A stretch of DNA of 64,000 nucleotides from Octopus vulgaris (lineage: Eukaryota), in assembly GCA_951406725.2 (NCBI GenBank), contig OX597831.1, positions 30,070,001-30,134,000 of the forward strand, written 5' to 3'. The notes under the pieces are model-generated. The model was not told where the DNA came from and searched no databases. It saw only the letters and a program-made list of their open reading frames with translations. Each line of letters starts with the position of its first letter. Within the stretch, counting starts at the first letter, position 1. This document shows positions 26,501 through 38,500 of this stretch, one piece after another. The translations under genes were made by a program, and so were the position numbers.

Positions 26501-29500
26501 CTTTACACACCTGTGCTGGTGTTGTGTAAAAGGACCCAGTACACTTTTTTAAGTGGCTGACATTAGGAAGGGCATCAAGCTGTAGAAACCATGGCAAAAC
26601 ACAAGGAACCAGCACAGGCCCTCTTTACACGGCACCAGCTTAGGGATCCAAGCAAGCTAAATTGTAAATTGGGGATCTATGATAGTATTTTAGATCATAA
26701 AAAGCTTTTTTGGTTTAGGTGTATTTATTGCTAGAAACAGGCTTCTTTCTCTAACGTTTTGCATATTTCAGCATGCTTCTTATTTCTTTATTACCCACAA
26801 GGGGCTAAACACAGAGGGGACAAACAAGGATAGACAAAGGGATTAAGTCGACTACATTGACCCCCCCAGTGTGTAACTGGTACTTAATTTATTGCCCCCA
26901 AAGGGATGAAAGGAAAAGTCGACCTCAGCGGAATTTGAACTCAGAACGCAACGGCAGACGAAATACCACTAAGCATTTTGCCTGGCGTGCTAACGATTCT
27001 GCCAGCTTGCAGCCTTCATTTCAGCATGTTTCTGGCCCCTGAAACACATTCTCTGAGAAAGCTCTATTTCAAACTTACACAAGCGAATGGGTGAAACACA
27101 AAATAGGAATTTCAAAAGAAGTATCCATAAAACCAGTTTCTGCCATCTCACTGCATTATAAATAACAACAATAATGACAGCAAAAACAGACAAAGAAAGT
27201 ATTTAGAGAAAGGATCACGGACAAATTTCACATAACCCTTGTTTCAACAGCCTAGTTTAGATGATTGCAAGGACCAAATGCAATTCCATGAGGAAGATCT
27301 TCTACAGCTGGAAGTTATTCCTGCTGTCAACTCTCACTTAACCATGTAGACTATGATGTCTTTGGGTGTACCCTTGTACAGACTTCACACAATGGTCGCA
27401 AATATGCATCAATGTCTTACAAGCAAGGAGGTTTGTTTGTGGGAATATTACTTTGTTCAAAAACAGGGGTGGGGGGTCGATGATATTAAGGGCATCCGAC
27501 AGTAGAAAATCTGAATCGACAAATTCTGCACGACCCATGCAAGCATGGAAAAACTGGATTTTAAGTGAGAATGACAATCACTTCAAGCAGGGGTCTTTAA
27601 TGTGGAAAGAGAGAGAGAGAGAGAGAAAAGTTCCTGCCTGAAACAATCGTCAAGATTTACATTTACACTATTTCATAGGATAAGAACAAATGTAAGTTCT
27701 ACTTAGACCAGTTTGCTCATTGGTTGGTCAACAACTGGGTGGAGAAGAACTGGTTTGGTGTAGGACACTAAAATCAGCAACAATTACGGAACTGGTGCCA
27801 TAGACATTCGGTGTCCAATATCTTTTACTTGTTTCAGTCATTAGACTGTAACCATGAAAGGGCAACACCTTGAAGAATTATAAAACCCTGGTACTTATTC
27901 GATTGGTCTCTTTTGTTGAACTACTAAGTTACAAGGGCAAACATGGATACAAAGCACCCACCCCAACACCAGGGGCTTCTTTGGTCAGCCTGAGGCTAAA
28001 GTAGAAGACACTTGCCCAGAGTGCCATGCAGCGGGACTGAACCCAGAACCACTTGGTCAGGAGGCAAGCTTCTTACCAGTTGATGTACCAGTTGAGCATT
28101 CATAATCTTGTGGGCTCGCAGGTGTTGGTGCCATGTGAACACAGCTGAGCTGGTGGTGTGTAAAAGCATCCAGCTGTAGAAACCATGGCAAAACAGACAT
28201 GGAACCATCTAACTCATTACCAGCATAGGTCCTCTTTACATGGCACCCGCTTGGGGATCCAAGCAAGCTAAATTGTAAATTGAGGATCTATGATAGTATT
28301 TTAGATCATAAAAAAACATTTTTGGTTTAGGTGTATTTATTGCTAGAAACAGGCTTCTTTCTCTAACGTTTTGCATATTTCAGCATGCTTCTTATTTATT
28401 TATTGCCCACAAGGGGCTAAACAAGGATAGACAAAGGGATTAAGTCGACTACATTGACCCCAGTGTGTAACTGTGATGAAAGGCAAAGTCGACCTTGGTG
28501 GAATTCGAACTCAGAATGTAACGGCAGACGAAATACCACTAAGCATTTTGCCTGGCATGCTAACGATTCTGCCAGTTTGCAACCTTCACTTCAGCATGTT
28601 TCTGGCCCCTGAAACACATTCTCTGAGAAAGCTCTATTGCAAACTTACACAAGTGAATGGGTGAAACACAAAATAGGAATTTCAAAAGAAGTATCCATAA
28701 AACCAGTTTCTGCCATCTCACTGCATTATAAATAACAATAATGACAGCAAAAACAGACAAAGAAAGTATTTAGAGAAAGGATCACAGACAAATTTCACAT
28801 AACCGTTGTTTCAACAGCCTAGTTTAGATGATTGCAAGGACCAAATGCAATTCCATGAGGAAGATTTTTCTACAGCTGGAAGTTATTCCTGCTGTCAACT
28901 CTCACTTAACCATGTAGACTGTGATGTCTTTGGGTGTACCCTTGTCCAGACTTCACACAATGGTCGCAAATATGCATCAATGTCTTACCAGCAAGGAGGT
29001 TTGTTTGTGGAAATATTACTTTGTTCAAAAACAGGGGTGGGGGGTCGATGATATTAAGGGCATCCGACAGTAGAAAATCTGAATCGACAAATTCTGCACG
29101 ACCAATGCAAGCATGGAAAAACTGGGTATTAAGTGATAATGGCAATGACAAACACTTCAAGTAGGGGCCTTTAATGTGGAAAGAGAGAGAGAGAAAAAAA
29201 AGTTCCTGCCTGAAACAATCATCAAGGTTTACATTTACACCATTTCATGGGATAAGAACAAATGTAAGTTCTACTTAGACCAGTTTGCTCATTGGTTGGT
29301 CAACAACTGGGTGGAGAAGAACTGGTTTGGTGTAGGATGCTAAAATCAGCAACAATTACAGAACTGGTGCCATAGACATTCGGTGTCCAATATCTTTTAC
29401 CCGTCTCAGTCGTCAGACTGTAACCATGCAAGGGCAGCACCTTGAAGAATTATAAAACCCTGGTACTTATTCGATTGGTCTCTTTTGTTGAACTACTAAG

Positions 29501-32500
29501 TTACAAGGGCAAACACAGATGCAAAGCTCCCACCCCAACACCAGGGTCTTCTTTGGTCAGCCTGAGGCTAAAGTAGAAGACACTTGCCCAGGGTGCCATG
29601 CAGCGGAACTGAACGTGGAACCATTTGGTCAGAGGCAAGCTTCTTACCAATAGATGTACCAGCCGAGCATTCATAATCTTGTGGGCTCGCAGGTGTTGGT
29701 GCCATGTGAACACAGCTGAGCTGGTGGTGTGTAAAAGCATCCAGCTGTAGAAACCATGGCGAAACAGACATGGAACCATACATGGAACCATCTAACTCAT
29801 GCCAGCATGGAACCAGCAAAGGTCCTCTTTACATGGCATCCGCTTGGGGATCCAAGCAAGCTAAATTGTAAATTGGGGATCTATGATAGTATTTTAGATC
29901 ATAAAAAAATTTTTTGGTTTAGGTGTATTTATTGCTAGAAACAGGCTTCTTTCTCTAACGTTTTACATATTTCAGTACGCTTCTTATTTCTTTATTGCCC
30001 ACAAGGGGCTAAACACAGAGGGGACAAAGGGATTAAGTCGACTACATTGACCCCCCAGTGTGTAACTGGTACATAATTTATTGATCCCAAAAGGATGAAA
30101 GGCAAAGTCGACCTTGGTGGAATTTGAACTCAGAATGTTACGGCAGACAAAATACCATTAAGCATTTTGCCCGGCGTGCTATCGATTTTGCCAGCTCTCC
30201 GCCCTCATTTCAGCATGTTTCTGGCCCCGGAAACCCATTCTCTGAGAAAGCTCTATTTCAAACTTACACAAGCGAATGGGTGAAACACAAAATAGGAATT
30301 TCAAAAGAAGTATCCATAAAACCAGTTTCTGCCATCTCACTGCATTATAAATAACAATAATGACAGCAGAAACAGACAAAGAAAGTATTTAGAGAAAGGA
30401 TCAGAGGCAAATCTCACACGACCCCTGTTTCAACAGCCTAGTTTAGATGCTTGCAAGGACCAAATGCAATGAGGAAGATTTTCTACAGCTGGAAGTTATT
30501 CCTGCTGTCAACTCTCACTTAACCATGTAGACTGTGATGTCTTTGGGTGTACCCATGTCCAGACTTCACACAATGGTCACAAATATGCATCAATGTCTTA
30601 CCAGCAAGGAGGTTTGTTTTTGGAAATATTACTTTGTTCAAAAACAGGGGTGGGGGGTCGATGATATTAAGGGCATCCGACAGTAGAAAATCTGAATCGA
30701 CAAATTCTGCACGACCCATGAAAGCATGGAAAAACTGGGTATTAAATGATAATGACAATGACAAACACTTCAAGCAGGGGTCTTTAATGTGGAAGAGAGA
30801 GAGAGAAAAAAAAGTTCCCGTCTGAAACAATCGTCAAGATTTACATTTACACCATTTCATGGGATAAGAACAAATGTAAGTTCTACTTAGACCAGTTTGC
30901 TCATTGGTTGGTCAACAACTGGGTGGAGAAGAACTGGTTTGGTGTAGGACGCTAAAATCAGCAACAATTACAGAACTGGTGCCATAGACATTCGGTGTCC
31001 AATATCTTTTACCCGTCTCAGTCGTCAGACCGTAACCATGCAAGGGCAGCACCTTGAAGAATTATAAAACCCTGGTACTTATTGGATTGGTCTCTTTTGT
31101 TGAACTACTAAGTTACAAGGGCAAACACGGATACAAAGCTCTCACCCCAACACCAGGGTCTTCTTTGGTCAGCCTGAGGCTAAAGTAGAAGACACTTGCT
31201 CAGGGTGCTGTGCAGCAGGACTGAACCTGGAACCATTTGGTCAGGAGGCATGCTTCTTACCAATAGATGTACCAGCCGAGCATTCATAATCTTGTGGGCT
31301 CGCAGGTGTTGGTGCCATGCGAACACACCTGAGCTGGTGGTGTGTAAAAGCATCCAGCTGTAGAAACCATGGCCAAACAGACATGGAACCAGCAAAGGTC
31401 CTCTTTACCTGGCACCCGCTTGAAGATCCAAGCAAGCTAAATTGTAAATTGAGGATCTATGATAGTATATTAGATCCTAAAAAAAAAAATTGGGGATTTT
31501 GGTGTATTTATTGCCAGAAACAGGCTTCTAAGCATTTTGCCCAGCTTGCCACCTTCATTTCAGCATGTTCTCTGAGAAAGCTCTTTGGCAAACTTACACA
31601 AGTGAATGGGTGAAACACAAAATAAGAATTTCAAAAAGAGAATCTATAAAACCAGTTTTTCAAGCACCAAATGGTAATAGGGGCCTATAGGTAAAAGATG
31701 AATGAGAGCACCTAATGTAGATGGAAAGAAAAAGAGAGAAAGCATCTTACCTCTGATTATTTCTGGAATGGCTCCAGTGTGGACACAAGAAATATTCAAA
31801 CTGTTTTCTTCAGAAATGGCAGACCCTAACTTGGAATCGCCCACCCCAAGAAGCGATTTCACCTTTTTCTTGGACATTGGAACATTGCTTTCGATGAAAA
31901 CCCGAAGATTCTCATGAAGAATACCTGGTTAACAAAATAAAAAAAAAATAAAAAAGTCATTAACAGCTGGCACTAAAAACATTAACATTTCTGGCTCCAT
32001 CCTTACCAGAAGTTGCTCCTAGTTTTAGGACACAAACTTGCAATTTCAACCCTCTAGCTCTCACATTACCCTGCCAAGCTTATTTATTTATATTGGTTTT
32101 AACCCTTCCATTACCACATTTATTTTGAGATGCTCTGTGTTTCTTTCAATTAATTAAAAATATAACAAAGAATTTAGTAAAATAACTTAGTTATCATTAA
32201 GCTTGTGTTAGGAACATAAATTTTGACTAAGGTTTGGTGGAAGATTTTAATTCAAAACTTATGCAAATAAGACATTTGTACTCAGTCAGAGCCAGTTTGG
32301 TAACGAAAGGGTTAATTAATCATGCATTTATCTCATAACTTCAAAATTTCAATGATGTGATGGTTTATTTTCAGGACATGGTAGAGTAGGTGTGAGAAGT
32401 AGGATCTGGTCAGTTTCAACATAAAATAGGATATTTGTGCTAGATATGGCTGATTTAAATGTCAAAAGGATTAAAGTAACCTAAATTAAAGGCTTCCATT

Positions 32501-35500
32501 GAAATTTCACATCAATTAACCCTTTTGTTACCATATTTCTTTCTGTTGAGATGCTCTTTGTTTCTTTCAATTAATTTTTAAATACAACGAAGAATTCGTA
32601 AAATAATTTAGTGTATCATTAAGCAAGTGTTAGGAACATAAATTGTGACTAAGGTTTGGTGGAAGATTTTAATTCAGAACTTTTGAAAACAAGACATTTG
32701 TACTACAGAGCCAGAGGCAGTTTCAGGCGGGTTGGTATCAAAAGGGTTAATGTTCCAAACACCAGCTTGATAACAAAGTTATTTTACTAAATTCACTGAA
32801 ACAAAGGCAGTGCCTTTTAACAGAAATATGGTAACAAAAGGGATAATGACAAAATGATTGCACTAAATCCTTAATTATCCTATTGATTAACCCATTAGCA
32901 TTCAGACTACTGCCAAATTTAGTACTTGTTAATTCACATAGTTTTGAATTAACCATGCAGTATCTTGTAACTTCGAGATGTGATTGTATATTTGTAGAAT
33001 GACATTGTAGGCTAGGTGTAAGAGATCAGATTTTGACAGTCTGAACCTAAAACAGATAGAGTATTTGGACTGGATATGACCAGTTTAAATGCTAAAGGAT
33101 TAATATCAACAGAGTCAATAAAACATTTCAGGATTCAAATTGTGGCTCATTTAGGGTCATAGATTTACTAGTTTTATGACATTCTCTAGCCTAAAAACAA
33201 TGACAATTACAACATATGTCATACATATTATCATAAGTTTAATAGATATATACTACAGTTTTATGACAGTTCCCTGTCATAAGTGACAATCACAACACAT
33301 TATACAAAAATGAGTCATTTCAGTTTTATGATATTCTTATAATGCACCCCAACCCCCCCAAAACCTGTCACCCTCCACTTCACACCAATTATGACATCAT
33401 CATCGTTTAACGTCTGTTTTCTGTGCTAGCACGGGTTGGACAGATCGACCGGGGTCTGGGAAGCCAGAAGGCTGCACCAGGCTCCAGTCTGATCTGGCAG
33501 AGTTTTAACAGCTGGATGCCCTTCCTAATGCCAACCACTCCGTGAGTGTAGTGGGTGCTTTTTACATGCCACGGGCACAGGTGCCAGGGGAGGCTGGCAG
33601 CGGCCATGATCGGTTGGTGCGTTTTACGTGCCACCAGCACAGAAGCCAGTCAAGGCGGGTTAAAAATCATCACATACTGCAAATGTCCTAGCCACTACCT
33701 TCCAACAGTCCATTGTTACTGCACATTCTCTCAAATTGATGTTACAACCAGAAATAAAAACTTAGGATGTTGAGAGAGAGAGAGAGAGAGAGGGAGGGAG
33801 AGATATTAGATGTAAATTCTACTTAGACCAGTTTGCTCATTGGTTGGTCAACAACTGGGTGGAGAAGAATTAGTTTGGTGTAGGACACTAAAATCAGCAA
33901 CAGTCACAGAACTGGTGCCATAGACATTCAGAGTCCAGCAGTAATGAAAAACGGCACAGGATTACTGCAACTAAATCACAATGAAACAGTTGTACACTAG
34001 AGTGACCTGAATTTAGTCACACACTAGTATCATACCACACTTTACACTCTATTCTATTCGCTAAACCATCACCAGTAAAACTGCAGGTGCAAAGTACTAC
34101 ACACCACCTCAAGCAACGGAACAACTTGTATATTATGAAGAAACTTACTAAAACTAACAAAAACGTAGAACTTGTTATCTCATAACGGTGTACTAAAATA
34201 TATTAATTAAAAACCCTAATATATTTCGCTTATAGCCAAGTATAATACATTAAAGTCAGTTACGCATGCGCGATTTTTCATCGAAAAAGTGTGGTGGCAA
34301 GTCGTACATTTACTTCCAGCCGAACGTAAGAAGCAAAAAGGATTGTTTTCACCATATTTTCTGGCATACAAATCTAAGCATTATGTAGCATAAACACTTA
34401 AGCATTATCACTCTCTTTTCAAATCCTGCTGCGTTTCACAAGGAATTTTCAGCCCTCCAAAGTCATCTCGGTTTACAAGCCAACTTAGCTTTTTTCTTTA
34501 CTATAAATTTTAGTCTGAAGAATTTGACTTGTATGCAGTAAGATATGGTAACATGAAATCCACCTTTTAACTAATACTGCAGCATAACTTACAACTACAA
34601 TACAACTAGTCTGGAGTGACACAGACGGACGACAGTTTAGCACTCATGTGCAAGTATGGCTGTGATAAGACATTCGCCTTCTTGTCAAACCATCTTCAAC
34701 GTATTTGTAATTAATTCTTCAATATTCACATGAATTTGAATTAATCATTGATTATCTCACAGCTTCGAGATTTTGATGATGTGATGGTTTATTTTTTAGA
34801 ATGACATTGTAGGGTAGGATCCAGCCTGCTTGAAAACGAAGCAGAAAATATTTGGGTTGGATAAGGCTGGTTTAAATGCAAAGGGTCAAAGAATACAAGA
34901 CAACCACATAGAATGGACAAAATATTCACAACCAGCATCTCACTGGTTGTCACCTAGATCATTTTATCCAGGAGGATTGTTAACACACCTCCACAATTAT
35001 ATACACTGGGGTCTATGTATCTTTAGCGAGGACTCAAACATTATTCTCATATGCCTACGAGGTCAAGTCGAAGTGGGGAGAGATAGATGGTTGTGGCCAG
35101 TAAAATAGAGAGATTATTGATGTAAATTCTACTTAGACCAGTTTGTGTAATGGACACAACTGGGTGGAGAAGAATAGTTTGGTGTAGGACACTAAAATCA
35201 GCAACAATTACAAAACTGGTGCCATAGACATTTAATGTTCAATATCGAATTATTATTAACAGCCTGATCGTGGCACAGCATTAATGCCACTAATTCACAC
35301 TGTTATGCTGTAACATCATTTTTACACTCCAGTCGAGACAGTTTATAACTCTTATTCAAAGTGTTGCAACAGAAACAAAACTGGTTTTATAACAAAAACT
35401 GAAATTGGGAAAGAATTGAAGAGAATCAATAATTTGTCAAGAAATCCAAAGGCCTAGTCTTCAGCAGCATCATTATTATTATTGTTTCCCAGTTTTACAT

Positions 35501-38500
35501 ATTGGATAGTTTGACAAAATCTGATAAATTGGAAGACTATTTTGAACTCCAGCGCCTGCTCTGGCAAGGATCCTACAGCTGTGAGAATGACATTTCAGGG
35601 TAAGTGTGAGAGCCCATATCTTGCCAGTCTGAACAGGTAGAATATTTCAGCCAGATATAACTGGTTTAAATGCTAAAGTGTCACATGACTGGGTAGAAAG
35701 ATTCTAGGAACAGACTAAATGAAGAAGTAAAACAAAGACACGTGTGCTGCAGTGATTCTCAACCATTTGTTGGCCTACGGACCTATTTCTCTGATTTTCA
35801 CTTAGTGGGACGAGACCCTCATAGCCATTCCATGTCTGAAGAGTCTAATGTTTTTATCATTAAATATTAGGAATTGTGAAAGCACATGGTCCAGTGATTA
35901 AAGTGCTGGGCTCAGCCACGACCTAGTGACATTTTGTTGATAGTCAACCCATAATGATTTCGGCAACCCTTCGTTTTAACTCGACAAAACCAAAACAAAA
36001 ACTTGGTTGTTTCCATGACAACTGCTAAAATGGGAGGAGGAGAAGAAAAAAAAGGTAATGGGTTGTGTGTCTGTTCTGTTTTTATGTGTTGTGGAATATA
36101 GATATAACGAAATTATGCCAGCAAAAAAGCCTTAAGGCCTAGCAAGGCATAAAATTTCATTCTGTTTTCTGCTTGGAAATTTGCGGATTTTACATACACA
36201 TGAAGCAGGTAAGAATATGCAAGGCTTTTTGTTGGCATAATTTTGTTATATTTATATTCCACAACACATAATTACATAAAAACAGAACACGCATGCACAC
36301 ACAATCCACTAGCTTCCTTCTCCCCCCGTCCATTTCAGCAACTGTCATGAAGATATCCAAAGTGAATTGTCGAGGTGTCACAGTTTGTTTTGTTTTGTTG
36401 AGTTAAAACGAAGGATTGCCATGATTTCTTTACTGAAAGGTCTGGCCTCGGCAAGAACATTCAGCTATAGAAACCATGCCAAAACTGCCAGTAGAGCTTG
36501 GAGCAGTTCTCTGGCTTGCCAGCATGGAAGACAGAAATTAAATGATGAAAATTACAAGAACAAAAAAAAAAAAAAAACAACAAACAAAATGATAACTTAC
36601 CTTCTGATAAACTATTTATGTTGTCTAGGGCATTGGTGCCACTTTTGAAAGGAGAAAAAGCTACAAATTTGACAATGGCATTAAACTTGCCCAAATCATG
36701 CACAGCTGCTTCCACTTGTGGCAGTAGCATAGACATTTCTTCAAACTCTGCAACATGAAACAAGGTGTAGCCGCAGGCATGTTCATAGAGAACATGCAGT
36801 ATCTCAGCCTAAAATTGAACCCAAAACGAAGAGAATCAGTAAAAAACAAGGCAAACGATTGCAGTAAATGAATCTAATTTAGCAGAAATTACATGAGATG
36901 ATTATTTAATCCATTAGCATTCAGATTACTCTGTCAAAGGAATGTTTAGAATTAATCATTTATTAACTTGTAGCTTTGAGATTTTGATGAGGCAACTGTT
37001 ATTATTAACCTATTATTTTTTGGCATTTACAGAAAATTTCAGCGAATTTGTGGTGCACACACGAGAATTCATACGATTGTGAAGAAAAAAAAAAAGCCAC
37101 ACTCCACTATTTCTTTCAAATCAAATTCCAAAATACTCGTAATCTACACCATTAGAAAGGTATCTGCTGAAAATTTCACTAAAAAATATTCATTTTTTCC
37201 AGAATTATGAGGAAACAATCTGTAGTTATGCCTGATGCTCTCACCAATCGTTAAGTTTCGTTTATTCCCCACCCCGCACCACCTAATTTTATCACTCAAG
37301 TCATTTCTTTACAATAATTAGTCCTGTATTATTATTTACCCCACAACTTCTAAGAGAAAGGAGATATCACCCGAAACATCGCCAGTGACCACATATGTCT
37401 GATCAAAGGGAGACACGGACCGAATCACTAAATTTGCTTGCGTCTTAATAAAAAAAAAGTTTTAAGTCGTCATAAATTTTATTTATGTGTAAATTATTTA
37501 TTCTAAGTATAAATAATAATCGCAAAAAAATTTTTACAAACACGAACTCATTCATTCTATGTATTTGTATGACCCCATTTCTGTGTTTGATCCGTAGCGA
37601 TCTTAAAGATTTTATCACTAAAAAGATTCGAAGCAAATTTTCTTTGAGCATGGCCATCCAGAAAGCATAGCGAGCTGCGGTTTGCCCAAGGCTAGATTCT
37701 AGGGACATCGTATAAACGGGGTCATGTACCGATCAGACACCAATATTTCAGATCGTTTCTTCTCTCTCTCTCCCTTTAAATATTGTTGATGTCCCACGAG
37801 CAGCCTACGACTTTTTCTATCCCCAAAAGATATTTTAAGCCCAGTATTTACAGGCTATTATATATAGATTTCGAGATCCACTGATTCAAAAACAAGTAGA
37901 AAAAAAAAAAAAAAAGATAGGAGTTATTGAGATAATCACAATGTATAGATATGTTTAGATTATTTGTAATGTAGAACTACGAAGCACTCGTGCTTCTGTG
38001 ACAACACGTGCGTGAACTTAATACACAATTACACGCGCGACTGTATCTTGTATTAGTATAATCTATCCAAAGTTTTCAAGCGGCCAGGCCGCAGTCCAAG
38101 TGTATTTTATTATATTGCGCCACGTAATCTCCGTCCCTCAGTTTTCGTAGGTAATGAATTTCACGTTATAAGTCTCTGCCAATAGCACAGAATATAGTTG
38201 CATGATCTACATTCTCTGAGGGTGTGGAAGTCTTTAAAATATACTGACCTATGGTTCGATACAATATCAGAGGACATCAAAATCTGAGTACACATTACAG
38301 AACAAAAACTGCGGATCGATGTCTACGAACTCCCCCCAAAATTTCAGACTTTGTGCCTAAAGTAGATATATTTATTCGTATCAACCCTAAAACCCCTAAA
38401 TGTCGTTTAAATAGGATACCCCAACTCCCTCGTTTTAGCTACTTCAGATCATATTTTTCCATGTCACTCACTAAATATTAATTTACTTCATATTCTAAAT

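Larger units (their letters stand above)
25950..31650. repeat. Tandem array of ~1.58-kb units (~3.6 copies) in NOP56 intron 3, one snoRNA per unit
   Basis: snoRNA offsets of 1575, 1572 and 1612 bp; the same flanking SINE fragments recur; near-identical spurious ORFs recur in the track. Confidence 0.92.

Noticed and set aside
37647-37655. GGCCATGCT antisense to U6 53-61 in NOP56 intron 1
   Set aside because: Only 9 nt, no C/D boxes, and the same word occurs in the abundant SINE
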